From: Octopus sinensis
Taxonomy: Eukaryota
NCBI RefSeq assembly: GCF_006345805.1
Contig: NC_043015.1
Coordinates: forward strand, 34,968,001 to 35,032,000
Length of the DNA stretch: 64,000 nucleotides
Direction: 5' to 3'
Under the pieces are notes generated by a model, which saw only the letters and a list, made by a program, of their open reading frames with translations, had not been told where the DNA came from and ran no database searches. A program made the position numbers and the translations under genes. Within the stretch, counting starts at the first letter, position 1; every line of letters begins with the position of its first letter. Shown in pieces: positions 14,030 through 26,718 of the stretch.

Positions 14030-16845
14030 TATATATACATGCATAGTGATAACCATTATCTCAGCCTATGCCCCCCCTCCAGCCGGGGCTACCCGATGGA
14101 CAGAAAGACCAATTTTATGACACCCTCTTGCAGACTACCTTATCGACGAATGACAGGAACCTTCTCTTTGTGGCTAGTGACTTCAATGGGCATGTTGAGA
14201 CAACATGCAGGGGTGCTTCCATGGCATACATGGAGGCTATGGTTTTGGTTCCCATAATGAGGAGGGAACCAGGCTGCTGGAGTTCTGTGATGAAAATGAT
14301 CTTATGGTTTGAAACACTAACTTCAAGAAACCTGCCAGTCACCTACCAATCTGGTAGATACTAGTCAAATTGACTACATCTTCACCAGGAAACAGGAAAG
14401 ATGGCTACTTATAAATGCCCAAACCTTCCCAGGTGAAGAATGTATCTCATAGCATAGATTAGTAGTTAGTGACTTCAGGATCAGGGGTAAATGGATGCCC
14501 AGAAGATGACCAACATGGAGGAGAAGTGCTTTGAAGCTTAAGGATCCTGCAAATGGACAGAGATTTAGAGACATATTACTCGAAGCTTTTGATGAAATAG
14601 AGGGGGATATAGCATCACATGATGTAGAAGACAACTGCAGGTTTCTATGGGACAACCTGTTGAGGGCCACTGACCAGATCTATAGATGGTGCAAAGTCCC
14701 CTCTCAACCTAAGGTAATGTGATGGTGGAACAATGTTGTTGACAGGACTATTAGAGAAAAGAAACAAGTATAGAAGGACTGGAAGAATGGAGGTAGCAGG
14801 GAATTGTATCAGAGATGTTTAAAATATCAGGCGGTGTCAGCTATAGTCTAGTCACTCGTATAGTCAACCAGGTGATACATGAAGGAGTCATACCCAATGA
14901 CTGGTGTAGCAGCACCATAGTCAACTGCCACAAAGGTATAGATGATGCATTAAATACAAATAATTACAGAGGTATCAAGTTGTTGGATCAGGTAATGAAA
15001 GTAACAGAGAGGGTTATAGCCCAACTAATTAGGGAGGGGGTCAGTTTGGATGAGATGCAGTTTGAGTTTGTGCCAGGGAAAAGCTCCATTGATGCTATAT
15101 TTCTGGTTGAGACAGCTGCAGGAGAAATACCTAGCAAAAGATAAACCTCTGTACTTGGTTTTCGTTGACATGGAGAAAGCCTTTGACAGGTTCCCCTGTT
15201 CCCTTATCTGGTGGTCAATGAGGAAACTAGGGATAGATGAATGGTTAGTAAGAGCTGTACAAGCCATGTACAGGGACGCTGTCAGTAAGGTGAGGGTTGC
15301 CGACAAGTACAGTGAAGAATTCCGGGTAGGGGTCCACCAAGGATCAGTCTTCAGTCTCTTCTTGTTCATCATAGTCTTCTAGGCAAAATGGAGGAATTCA
15401 AGAGAGGATGCCCCTGGGAGCTCCTCTCTGCTGATGACCTTGCTCTAATTGCTGAGTCACTACCAGAACTATAGAAGTTTCAGGTGTGGAAGCAAGGATT
15501 AGAATTGAAGGGCCGTAGAGTCAACATAGCAAAAACCAAAGTCTTAATAAGTAGGAAGGCAGGCAAACTACAAATCCCTTCAGGTAGAAGGCCATACTTG
15601 ATCTGTAGAAAAAGCGTAGGTAGAAACTCTATAAGATGTACCCAGTCTAAGATATGGACACATAGCAATATCAAAGGAAGGCTAACTGGGAAGATAGTTT
15701 TTGTGTGTGGCAAATGCTCAGGAGCAATAAATACTGAAAATGTGCAGAGAACAGCTTCCACCACATTCAGTTGACAGCTTCTGTTACCTAGGTGACCAAG
15801 TCAGTAGTTGGGGTGGATGCTCTGAAAGTGTAGCTACTTGAGTAAGAATAGCTTTTACCTCTACTGGTGACAAAGGGCCTCTCACTCAGAGTAAAAGGTA
15901 GACTGTATGACGCATGTGTGCGAACTGCTGTGCTACATGGTAGTGAAACATGGGCCGTGACTGCTGAGGGCATGCATAAGCTTGCAAGAAATGAAGCCAG
16001 TGTGCTCCGCTGAGAGAAAAGTTGGACTTAAGAAGCATCAGATTTGGTGTGCAAGAGAGACAACTGCGCTGGTATGGTCATGTGTTGCGAATGGATGAGG
16101 ACAGCTGTGTGAAAAAGTGTCACACTCTAACAGTTGAGGGAACCTGCGGAAGAGGTAGACCCAAGAAGACCTGGGATGAGGTGGTGAAGCACAACCTACA
16201 AACATTGGGCCTCAATGAGGCAATGACAAGTGACAGACCTTTGGAGATATGCTGCGCTTGAGAAAACCCAGCAAGCTAAGTGAGGCCATAACTGTGGCCT
16301 ATGCCAGTTCTCTATAACCAGTCCATTTAAGAGTACTCTTCAATCATTGGACAATAAACTATGCTTACAAAGACCTGGTGAGGCAAGTGAAATCGCTGTC
16401 GTGGCCAATGACAGTTCCGCCTGATTGGCACTCATGCCAATGAAATGTTAAAAGCACCATCCAAGCGTTATTGTTGCCAGGGCAGCTGACTGGCTCCCAT
16501 GCCAGTGGCACATAAATAAAGCACCATTCGAGTGTGGTTGTTGCTAGTGCTGCTGAACTTGCTCTTGTGCAGGTGGCACGTAAAAGGCACAATTTGAGCG
16601 TGGTCATTGCCAGTACTACCTGACTAGCTCCTGTGCAGGTGGCATGTAAAAAGCACCATCTGAGCATGGCCGATGCCAGTACCACCTGACTGGCCCTCGT
16701 GCTGGTGGCATGTAAAAGCACCCACTACACTCTCGGAGTGGTTGGCATTAGGAAGGGCATCCAGCTGTAGAAACTCTGCCAGATCAGATTGGAGACTGAT
16801 GCAGCATGGAAAGTGGATGTTAAACGATGATGATGATGACGATGA
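14030..16845 (+). mobile_element. Decayed 5'-truncated RTE LINE with 3' UTR and (GAT)n tail
   Basis: Broken ORFs with VASDFNGHV (endonuclease), DMEKAFDR and GVHQGS (RT) and GRGRPKKTWDEVV; 3' UTR with degenerate ~60-bp repeats ending GATGATGATGATGACGATGA. Confidence 0.9.
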
Positions 16846-17639
16846 GCAATAGAATCCGTCAAATGTATTTGAAATACAGAGAGAACAGAACTAATGTAGC
16901 TGTTAAATTTGTATATTATTAACTCGACTCAATCTGTTCTGGAAACTTCTCCACTGTCTTTCTCTAGTTAGAATGGTAGAACATAATGAATTTGTGCTGT
17001 GTTTGAAGACTATTGCCGAGGAGGGGATGAAGATAATGCTAACTGCAAGGTCTTCTCTGAGCCTTATTACACAGGGGAACAATTTTGAACATTCTTTCTG
17101 TTGAGTTCATTTTTTCACTTGATTTAGGCTAAAATTGGCTAATTTCAAAACTACAGTCAGTTTTCTTCTACCATGTCAAGTGGGGTTTTTTTTCGTTTTT
17201 TCCTGCAGCTTACTCTCTGAAAAAGCACAATTGTGTTTGTCAGTAAGTAATAGGACTGGTCAGCTGCTTTTATTATTTTACTGGTAACACAGAGGAACAC
17301 TTTTGAAAAACCTTTTAATCATCTTGCTTTTTACAATTAGTCCTACTTAATTTGATGGTACTGGGTTCAGAAATGTCCTCACATCAAGTTTTTTGTTGAA
17401 CAGGAGTTCCTTTTTTACCAAAAAATGTCAATTTTCCCATTAAATGCAAAACTGAAATAACAAACTAACACAAACCAAATAGTACTTTTTATTGTTTAAC
17501 AAATGTATTACACAAATGTTTAATCATCTTAGGATAGATGTCTCGGTTAAACTAGAGTTTCAGCTACTCCAGGAGTGAACTTTCTCTTTGCAGCTTTGCA
17601 TGAATAACTTGCATCACAACAGTGTCTTTGCAGAGTAGT

Positions 17640-17870
17640 CATCTGTTCTGTTTGTGTTCAGATGACTATGCAGGAAATGTACTTTTATACATGTTGCAGC
17701 CCAGTGCTCAAAAGTTGGTTAACAGGGTCTGCACAAGTTCTTCACTATTTGATGACTTCCTGTTTCCCAGGAAATCAAACACAACTGCAGCAAAAACATT
17801 CCATGCTTCTTTTTCAATGTTAGACAAAATAGTCTCCAAAAACTGCTAGTTTTGCAGTAACCATCAAACA
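17640..17870 (-). mobile_element. Decayed DNA-transposase fragment (family uncertain, possibly Chapaev/CMC-like)
   Basis: Manual translation ETILSNIEKEAWNVFAAVVFDFLGNRKSSNSEELVQTLLTNF*ALGCNM..KVHFLHSHL, with a stop and a frameshift. Confidence 0.5.
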
Positions 17871-18109
17871 CACCAACCTTAATTTCCTCACAAGACAAAG
17901 CTAGAAACTTGCTGCTTAAGTATTTGAAACAGTTACTGTCTCAGTGTTTTTAATACATGTTTTACACATTATATGGGGTGCCCAGACTGTCTTGATCACC
18001 CATTTTCATGCCAAAGTAAGTAACATAAGTTTTTGAAATACAAATATATCTTCATATCAGTTGTCACCTGGGAAAAGCATTTTTAGAATTTTCAACGGTT
18101 ATAAAGGCA

Positions 18110-19540
18110 CTAGGTGATGAAATTTATGGAGAGAGTTATAGCCCAATTATTTAGACAAAATGCAGTTTGGCTTCAGCCAGGGAAGAAGCAATACTGACAC
18201 TATTTTCATAGTCAGGCAACTGCAAGAGAAGTACTTAGCTAAGAATAAACCATTATACTTGGCATTCATTAATCTAAAGAAAGCCTTCAATAGAGTGCCC
18301 CGCTGTGTGAAACAATGGGCTCTGAGGAAGCTAAGGATAGACAAGTGGCTGATGTAAGCTGTACAAGCCATGTACAATGATGCTATCAGTAATGTAAGAG
18401 TTAACCACAAGTACAGCAAAGAATTTGGTGTACAGGTAGGGGTTCATTAAGGCTCAATCCTTAGTCCCCTCCTTTTCACCATTGTCCTCCAGGCCATAAC
18501 AGAGGAAATCAAGACTAGCAGCCCCTGGGAACTACTATATACCAATCTTGCCCTCATAGAGGATTCCATATCAGAGATAGACAAGAAATTCCAGGTGTGG
18601 AAGCAAAACCTGGAATCTAAAGGCCTTAAGGTTAACTTAGCACAAACTAAGGTCCTAGTCAACCAGAAAGCTGACAGGACCCAACCCTCCTCAGGTAGGT
18701 GGCCCTGTTCAATTTGTAGAAAAGGTGTAAGCAGGAACTCCATACGATGTACTCAGTGTAAACTATGGACATAGAAGAGGTGCAGTGGAATAATAGGAAG
18801 GTTACCAGAGAAGATAGTCTTTGTACGTGGAAGATGCACAGGCTCCATAAAAACTTTAGAGACTCAGGAAATTGGTTCTCTGAAATGCCCTGGTAGCTCA
18901 TTTCAGATAATTTCTGCTACCTAGGGGGCCAAGTTATTAGTGGATAGTGTGATAACTAAATAGGATGGGGAAAATTCAGAGAGCTGTTACCTCTGTTGGC
19001 CATGAAAGGTTTCTCCAAATGAAAGGAAGATTGTATGATGCATGTATATGGACAGCAATTCTACATGGTAGTGTGATGTGGGCTCTGAATGCAGAGGAAC
19101 ATGCAAAGGTTAGAAAGGAATGAGGCTTGTGTTCTCCACTGGATGTGTAATGTTAGTGCACATGTTCAACAGAGTGTTAGTGTATTGAGAGAGGTTAGGC
19201 ATAAGAGGAATTAGATGCTGTGAAGCAAGAGAGAAGACTGTGCTGGTTTGCTGATGTGATGCCAACAACTCCACAAAGAAGTGCCGATCTCTCAAAGTAG
19301 ATGGGACTTGTGGAAGTGGAAGACATAGGATGAAGTACTGAAGAATGACCTCAGGATGCTGAACCTTTCAGGTGAGAAAACAAAGGAACAAGATGCCTGG
19401 TACCTTGCTGTTCTGAAGAAGACCCATACTCCACAGCAGAAGTGTTAAGACCGGTCCCTCTAGTGGGGAAAAGCACTAGTGGTGGTGAAAGCATCCATGC
19501 ACTGCCATGTAAAAACACTCAGCACACTCTATAATTCCTT
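18110..19540 (+). mobile_element. Older RTE LINE subfamily fragment (RT to 3' end)
   Basis: MQFGFSQGRSNTDTIFIVRQLQEKYLAKNKPLYLAFINLKKAFNRVP; PHD-like Cys block at ~18700-18840; heavily mutated. Confidence 0.85.
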
Positions 19541-19719
19541 AACCATGCTTAACAAAAAGTGACCTTGACCATCTGACCTCACAAAACATTAAGAGAGAAT
19601 TCAAAATACCAGTTTTCATAAGAAATAAAGGTTCAACAAAGCATATCTCACCTAGTATGCAATGATAGTTATACTAAATCAAGCCCAGCATGGGCATATA
19701 TGCAAACAAATTCCACAAA

Positions 19720-20439
19720 TCTTTTATGATAAAAGGCAGATTTTCTCTGCCTGTGACTATGTTTCTTTCTAATACAATTGTACAATATAGAATTTCTTTA
19801 ATTGGAATTTACCTATGATTTTTCGAAGTATATTCGATTGGGTCATGGCATATAACTTTTTTCAATTTGACCCCCAATTAAGCAAAAATTCGAGAAAACT
19901 AAATATTTTACGATTTGCCTCTCTCATTTCAAGTGCTTCACTCCTTCTATTACCAGACTTTCTCCTACTTTCTCTTTGCAAGTGTACCTTAAACCACTAC
20001 TCAAAAAAAATACAGAGGAAACAGAAACAAATAAATACATAACGATTTACTCCTTACACAATTTCTTCAATTGGAATTTACCTATGATTTTTCGAAGTAC
20101 ATTCCATTGGGTCATGGCATATAAATTTCTTTCAATTTGACACCCCAATTAAGCAAAAATTCGAGAAAACTCAATATTTTACGATTTCCCTCTCTCACTT
20201 CAAATGCTTTACTCCTTCTATTACCACACTTTCTCCTACTTTCTCTTTACACACATAGACATGCAAACATATACATATATGACAGTGACAAACACAAACG
20301 TTTCAAACAACTACATACAAACACACACGTGTGTGTTTGTTATTAGTAAAAAAGGTGCCAAACACAATTCACTTTCTCATTCGAACACATTTGCAAACAT
20401 ACACCAACAATTCACTGACATATGGTGAGTAGATGCTAG
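19720..20439 (+). mobile_element. Non-autonomous Helitron-like element with an internal ~190-bp direct duplication
   Basis: Starts A|TCTTTTATGATAAAAGGCAGATTTT (same 5' end as 24656); ends with a weak TCAC..GTGA hairpin and CTAG. Duplicated units at ~19790 and ~20060. Confidence 0.55.
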
Positions 20440-20871
20440 CCGCTGACATTATGAGTTACACTATTTCACCAATTGTTCTGGGACTGTTGTCTACTTCCCG
20501 TTAGTTTTTAGTGTTGAGGAAACAAAACTTTCTCGAGAAATAACAAAAAAAAAAAACACTCTTACATTTCACAAAGGACATTAAGAAACGATAGGAACTA
20601 AGTTCAGTTGAAGAAAAGAGACGGACTTAACGAAATCAGACAGTCGAATTGCCATGGTAACTCAACAGAAAAGGTAAATTGGTTTTTAATTTACTTTCTG
20701 TTGCTAAGTTTTTGTAGTATTAATTTGCAAGCGTACTTCAGTTGTCAATTGTTGAAAGAAAGAAAGCGTGTGTGTCTGTGTGTGTGTAGAAAGTGAAGGA
20801 TAAAAATATGGCAAGAAGTGGACAGATGTACATATATACATACATGTGTGTGTGTGTGTATGTATGTGTTA

Positions 20872-21262
20872 TCTCTCTCTATATAAAGCTGAAGTTGTCT
20901 GTGTGCGGCAGGTTTGGTAGCCTTCAACTAAGACTATCTCCTCCGAGACCCTGCGGCGCAAGTTGACCAAAATTGAGAGTATGATAGAAGAAGGGTTGTT
21001 CTTCCTTCTGTAGAAGATAAAATTCAAATCGGACCATGTTAATACCAAAAATTATTTACATCAAAAAGGTGCTTTTTTCTATGAAAATCCCTATTTTTTA
21101 CGATTTTTTCACTGCTGTGTCGCCACTTTTCGGTGTATTTCAACCAGAAAAATGTTCACTTGAAGAGAATAACAAGCTACATAATGTAAACTTTTTACTT
21201 TTCAAAAATTCCAATTCCAGCAGGTCGAAACAAACCCGAGCAACACTGGGCAATACTGCTAG
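20872..21262 (+). mobile_element. Non-autonomous Helitron
   Basis: A|TC...TATATAAAG 5' end; 3' CCCGAGCAACACTGGG hairpin, then CAATACTGCTAG|T; inserted at an A/T junction. Confidence 0.8.
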
Positions 21263-22397
21263 TATGAGATATGTATGATGTCAAGGATCACCAAAATGTG
21301 TTGTTTATTTACTTCTAATTGTATAAAAGACATTTCTGTCATCATAGTGTCAAAACTTGTTAGCTTGAAAATAGTGAAAGGACTATGATGAACAAGAGGG
21401 AGCTGAGGACTGATCCTTGACAAACCCTTACTTGTACCCTGAATTTATCGCTATACTCATTACCAGCCCTCATCTTACCTACAACATCCCTGTACAAGGC
21501 TTGATGGACAATTCTTCAACAGACAGTTGGCTGACAGACAACTTACAGATACTCCATGATCAATACTTCTGCCTGTCGTCTTATTGTCCAGTCAGCCAAT
21601 TGATGGACAACTGCAATTCTGGAAAAAAAAAGTTTAAAAAATGGCCGCAGTCTAATGACTGAAACAAGTGATAGATATATTTAATTCTTTTTCTTTGTTT
21701 TTTTTTTTTATCAGTTGTACTGTATACTTTATTGTGGGTAGCGTTTAGTCGCAGTGATGTATAGTATTTGTAAGAAATTAACATTCATTTTAAATATTTT
21801 ATAGATGGTATTTATTTCTAATTAATACCATCGGTAATTTAACTAAAATGCGTAATTTCTTATTTCTGACTTACGGCGCTTAGCCATTAAAGTTGACATG
21901 TTGCACAAAAACTAATGGGACGTTTTAAATCAACGTCTACAAATTGCTTTATGTCACCTTCGAAACAGTAAAACTGTTGCACACCTGTAAGTCATTTGAC
22001 GGTGGTCACCTTGTTTCTTCTCTCTCCTTTTCCTTTCTTTCTTTCCCCACCCCCTCGCTACCGCTTTTGTTTCGAATTAGGCCACCGGATGTACTTGTAG
22101 CTACCACTTTTAAGTGAGATTTCAAATTTATTTAGTTAGATCGTATCAATAATTATAATTTGTATCAATAGCATTATCTTAGCCAAAACTAGGTGAAATA
22201 TATGCCTTGTCCATTCATTCATTTGGTAAGTTCGTTTTGAAAATAAGGAGGTAGAAATACAATTAGTAACGACTCTTAGTACAACTAGTGATGCCTGTCC
22301 ACTAGGCGTACTTTTCGCTCGTTACCTTAACTTTGTTAATGAATTAGATGGAAGTCACGATTCATTGAAAACGCTACTCAAGCAAGAGGGAAACAAT

Positions 22398-22650
22398 ATG
22401 TATGGCTCAGAAGAGGTACATCTCGCTCAAAAAATAGAGTATGAATACTCGACGGATGATCTAAACTTTCTTCCACCTGGCCAAAACAGTTACTTTAAAT
22501 TACCCTCCGTTCGGACACGGAAAACTATTTTAAAAATTGCGATAGCAGCGGCATTTGTACTTTTATGCATCGTCCTTGCATATCTTTTACTCCATCGGAA
22601 ACATTTAGACACAACGTTTACAGTAATTAACAGTAACGATACTTTTTCAG
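22398..22650 (+). CDS. ATP1B: Na+/K+-ATPase beta-subunit-like protein, first coding exon (cytoplasmic N-terminus and single TM helix)
   Basis: MYGSEE...VRTRKTILKIAIAAAFVLLCIVLAYLLLHRK...; strong donor CAG|GTAAGT, phase 1. The frame is open upstream to 22230 without an ATG, so the true start may be further 5'. Confidence 0.8.
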
Positions 22651-22735
22651 GTAAGTAAAGATTTTTATTGTATGAATTGGAAGAGGGTAATTTTCTTGAA
22701 TATTCTCTTTTTCTATATAATGTGTGTACCTGTAT

Positions 22736-22775
<40 letters not shown>

Positions 22776-22793
22776 CATGGGCCTGCAGGTTTT

Positions 22794-22856
22794 TGGGATC
22801 TGACAATACACCATAAAGCTAAACCCTTTATGGACGGGAAACCTAAGGTAATCTCA
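22794..22856 (+). ncRNA. Degenerate minimal type-I hammerhead ribozyme motif (Penelope-type) flanked by (TA)n
   Basis: Stem I UGGGAU/AUCUCA; core CUGACAA (G8 replaced by A); stem II CCAUAAAG/CUUUAUGG; GAAA; short stem III ACCU-A-AGGU; GUA site. Confidence 0.6.
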
Positions 22857-22875
22857 TTAACCGGCCGTCCCAATT

Positions 22876-22916
<41 letters not shown>

Positions 22917-23055
22917 CTTAGATTAAGATGAATTTGTAGGTATCATAGTTATAGGTGCTTGTATGAAGAACTTTTTAAAGCCAATTTCTCTTATGTCAGT
23001 ATTCATCTTTTTCTCTCTTTTAATAATATCTTGATTTTCAAAGAAAGAGTTAAAG

Positions 23056-23130
23056 CAGTGGTTTCCAACCTGTGGTCCGCCAACATGTTAAGGTGACAGA
23101 TCTTTCAATATCCTGGGGTCCGTGGGGAAA
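23056..23130 (+). mobile_element. Possible hAT (Charlie-type) MITE terminus
   Basis: Begins CAGTGGTTTCCAACC; no matching right end found. Confidence 0.3.
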
Positions 23131-23884
23131 CTCATTGCAATAAACAGAGCTGACTTCCGACCTGACCAACTACCCACAGCAACACAATGACTGGCAGTAA
23201 CCTTTCTTATACTATTTCAGTTAGAATAGCATCCAGACTCTCTCAACATTTATGCTAATACAATTTCAATGACATTTAAACTCTCTCAACATTTGTCGTA
23301 ATACTATTTCAATTACCCCAAGCACAATAATATTCAAACTTTCTCAACCAGAAATAAAGTTTGTTCATAAAAACCTCAACAGATTTCGTTGTTTTCTTCT
23401 GTCTACACCTGTTGACCTTTGATGCTAGAAATAAGACCCAGCATCCAAACAGCTGTCAGCTCCCAACATCAGCTGTTTATATACAGCAAACCCGATCAAG
23501 CGGAACGGGTTCCAACATCAGTCAGCCAGAATTTCATTTAAAAATTCCCATTTTTATAAAACATTAACGCTGAGGTGTGAATTTTTTCAAAATTCCTCGC
23601 CCCACCCTCAGAAAATATTTTTCATCACAAATTCCAATATAATTGCAATCTACACCATCTAAAATTTGCAGAAAATTTCATTAAAAAATATCTATTTTTC
23701 TGGAACTTATGAGGAAACCAAGTCAAGGTTGATCCCGGAATCCTGGTATAAACCAGAGGTCTTTAAGACTTCCCGACTTGTGACTTTAGAGTGCTGTTAT
23801 GATGCAGGTCCATTCCACACCTGCCAAACCTTAAATGGGAAAATGCAATGCTAAACTTGACAGACGGGTTTGTTAGTTTATTCT

Positions 23885-24085
23885 TTTATTCGCTTCAATC
23901 ATTTGATTGCGGCCATGCTGGAGCACTGCACCACCTTAAAGTGTTTTACTCAAACAAATCGACCCCAGGACTTCTTTTTTAAGCCTAGTATTTATTCTGT
24001 CAGTCTTTTTTGCTGAACCAGTAGGTTACAGGGGCATAAACAGACCAACACTGGTTGTCAAGTGGTGATGAGACAAACACAAAGG
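23885..24085 (-). mobile_element. SINE-like dispersed repeat ending in a (CA)n/(TA)n/(TG)n compound microsatellite
   Basis: TGCGGCCATGCTGGAGCAC...ACCAACACTGGTTGTCAAG, recalled as a common octopus repeat; a related fragment is at ~25390. Confidence 0.5.
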
Positions 24086-24114
24086 CACACACACACACAC
24101 GTGCACACATATAC

Positions 24115-24178
<64 letters not shown>

Positions 24179-24380
24179 ATGTATTATATTATATCTATAT
24201 TTATATCTTACATATTAAAACTAAAAATATCTGTGTGTGTGTGTGTATCGGTATGTCCTCATTTTGTGCCAAAATTTTTCTTAAACTTCGCTTGCACATT
24301 GCTTATATTTCTGGGGATGTTTTAAGTATAAATTGATTTTGAAAAAATGTTCAGGTAAATGGCTGGAGGAATAACATTTG

Positions 24381-24640
24381 GGCGCAGTTGAACGTTAGAG
24401 CAGCGGACTCGCGTTCGGAGGATCATGGTTTCGATTCCCAGACCGGGCTTTGTGTGTGTTTATTGAGCAAAAACTCCTGAAGCTCCACGAGGCTTCGGCG
24501 GGGGGGGGGGTATAACCCCTGTTATACTCTTCCGCCCCAACTTTCTCTCACTCTTTCTTCCTGTTTCTTGAGTAACGGTACAATGGACTGGTGTCCCGTC
24601 CAGCTGTGGGGTGGAGAGCACGTACGCCGTAGAAACCAGG
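24381..24640 (+). mobile_element. tRNA-derived SINE
   Basis: tRNA-like head GGCGCAG...GCAGCGGACTC...; box B GGTTTCGATTCCC at 24427-24439; body shared with the copy at 27175-27438. Confidence 0.8.
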
Positions 24641-24655
24641 CGTTTATATGTATAT

Positions 24656-25070
24656 CTCTTATTATAAAAGGCAGATTTTATCTGCCTCCCTTTGGGAGTT
24701 ATACAAATCTACAATATAGGATTTCTTCAATTACAATTTACCTAGCAGTTTTGAGAGTACAATGCATCGCGTCATGCCAGGTCCAGTTTTTAAAATTTAA
24801 ACTCCAATTAAGCAAAATTTACAGAAAACTCACATTCTGGTGTGTGTGTCAAATGCTTTTCTTAGTCTGGTTTACACCACACGCAAACGCACACACACAG
24901 TGGGCAACGAATAAAATGAAAGTAAATAGCGACAGAGAGATTTGAGGAAGACTAAAGTGAAAGTATTCTGTCCATGACGCTGATAGATACATGAGTAAAA
25001 TGTATGGGAAGCTAAGAGCTAAGAGTGAGTGAAAATGTTCTTGGAAGAGAGTAATTAGTAATAAGTAACA
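24656..25070 (+). mobile_element. 5' part of a Helitron-like element of the 19720 family
   Basis: ATCTCTTATTATAAAAGGCAGATTTTATCTGCC and CCAATTAAGCAAAA blocks shared with 19720-20439; no 3' end found. Confidence 0.5.
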
Positions 25071-25285
25071 TACACTCATACATACATATACATACATCAT
25101 ACATACATACATACATACATACATACATACATACATACATACATACATACATACATACACACACACATACACACACACACACATACATACATACACACAT
25201 ACATACATACATACATACATATACATACATACATACATATACATACATACATACATACACACACACACATACACACACACACAGT
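25070..25285. repeat. (ACAT)n/(AC)n compound microsatellite
   Basis: Direct inspection. Confidence 0.95.
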
Positions 25286-25439
25286 ATTGAAGCTTGAGAA
25301 CAATCAGATACATTTGCAACACATCTGTTGAAAATATTATTGTTCACACACATACATATACATATATACATACAGACAGATAGACACACACACACATGAT
25401 CCAGCATGGCCACAACCTCAAGGCTGAAACATATAAAAG

Positions 25440-25815
25440 AATAACAGAATATAAATGTGTGCAAAGTACAAGAAATATTAATGCAGTATATGGGGATTGG
25501 ACAATAAGCGTAAGGCAGTGTCAATGGTGGTTCCAGAAATCCCGAGCCATAAACTACAGCCTAGAAGACGAGCCTCATCCTGAAAGATCTGTAGAACTCG
25601 ACAAGGACATCCTGAAAACCCTGGTGGAACAAAATATCATCGTAACTGTTGAGGAACTAGCAGAGAAGCTTGGATTTGGTCATTCAACCATTCATTGATA
25701 CCTGTGTGCTATCAGAAAAGTCAGCAAATTGGGTCAATGGGTTCCTCACGAACTTTCCGAGTCTAATTGCATGCAGAGAGTGAATGTATGCTTTTCTTTG
25801 CTGTCATATCTCACC
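25440..25815 (+). mobile_element. Mariner (Mos1/Hsmar-like) transposase N-terminal remnant
   Basis: SVRQCQWWFQK...SLEDEPHPERSVELD...TVEELAEKLG..HSTIH*...KLGQWVPHEL; the WVPHEL motif is diagnostic. Confidence 0.85.
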
Positions 25816-25836
25816 ACTACTACTGCGCTATGTATA

Positions 25837-26459
25837 TCTATATATATAAAACTGTAGTTGTGTGAGTGTCTGTCCCCTTCGATTTAGATTCCTAACTACT
25901 CCCACATTTTGCGGTACAGTTTAACCAAATTCGGGTAGCTTATAGTCGTGATTGATATCGAGCCCGTCTGAATATTAGCGCGCGTCTACGATGAGTCTAC
26001 GATTTTAAAAATAATTTAACATCATTTTTATTCCATTTTAATGCATAATTTTCGTGTGTCGATGGCGGCGGAGTGGCGTCCACGCTCACACCTGCACCTG
26101 TGGGGAAGGGAGTGTAAGGAAATCAACGTCGTAATGCGTTGTCAAGGAGACCAGTGTTCTTTTAGAACAACGACTTCATGGCTTGAAGACACCAAAACAG
26201 AAATGGCTAAGAAAGCGTCTACATGAGTCTACGATTTAAAAAAAAATTTACCATCGTTTTTTTTCCATTTTAATGCATTTTTTCGCTATTATATAAGGGA
26301 AGTAACTCTCTAAAAATGTCTACGATGAGTCAACGATTTAAAAAAAAATTTACCATCATATTTTTTCCATTTTTTGCTATTTTTTGGCTATAACTCTCTA
26401 AAAATGCTTATATAGTTATTTCCCTTACAAACCCGAGCAACGCCGGGCGATACTGCTAG
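25837..26459 (+). mobile_element. Non-autonomous Helitron
   Basis: A|TCTATATATATAAAA 5' end; 3' CCCGAGCAACGCCGGG hairpin, then CGATACTGCTAG|T. Confidence 0.85.
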
Positions 26460-26537
26460 TATATATATATGTGTGTGTGTATATATGTGTGTGTGTGTGT
26501 ATATATATGTGTGTGTGTGTGTATATATGTGTGTGTG

Positions 26538-26568
<31 letters not shown>

Positions 26569-26718
26569 ATATGTATGTGTGTGTGTATATATATATGTGT
26601 GTGTGTATATATACATGTATATATATATATATATGTGTATATATATATATATGTGTATATATATATATGTATATATACATATATGTGTATATATATATGT
26701 GTATATATATATATATAT
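26460..26718. repeat. (TG)/(TA) compound microsatellite
   Basis: Direct inspection; source of several spurious ORFs. Confidence 0.95.
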
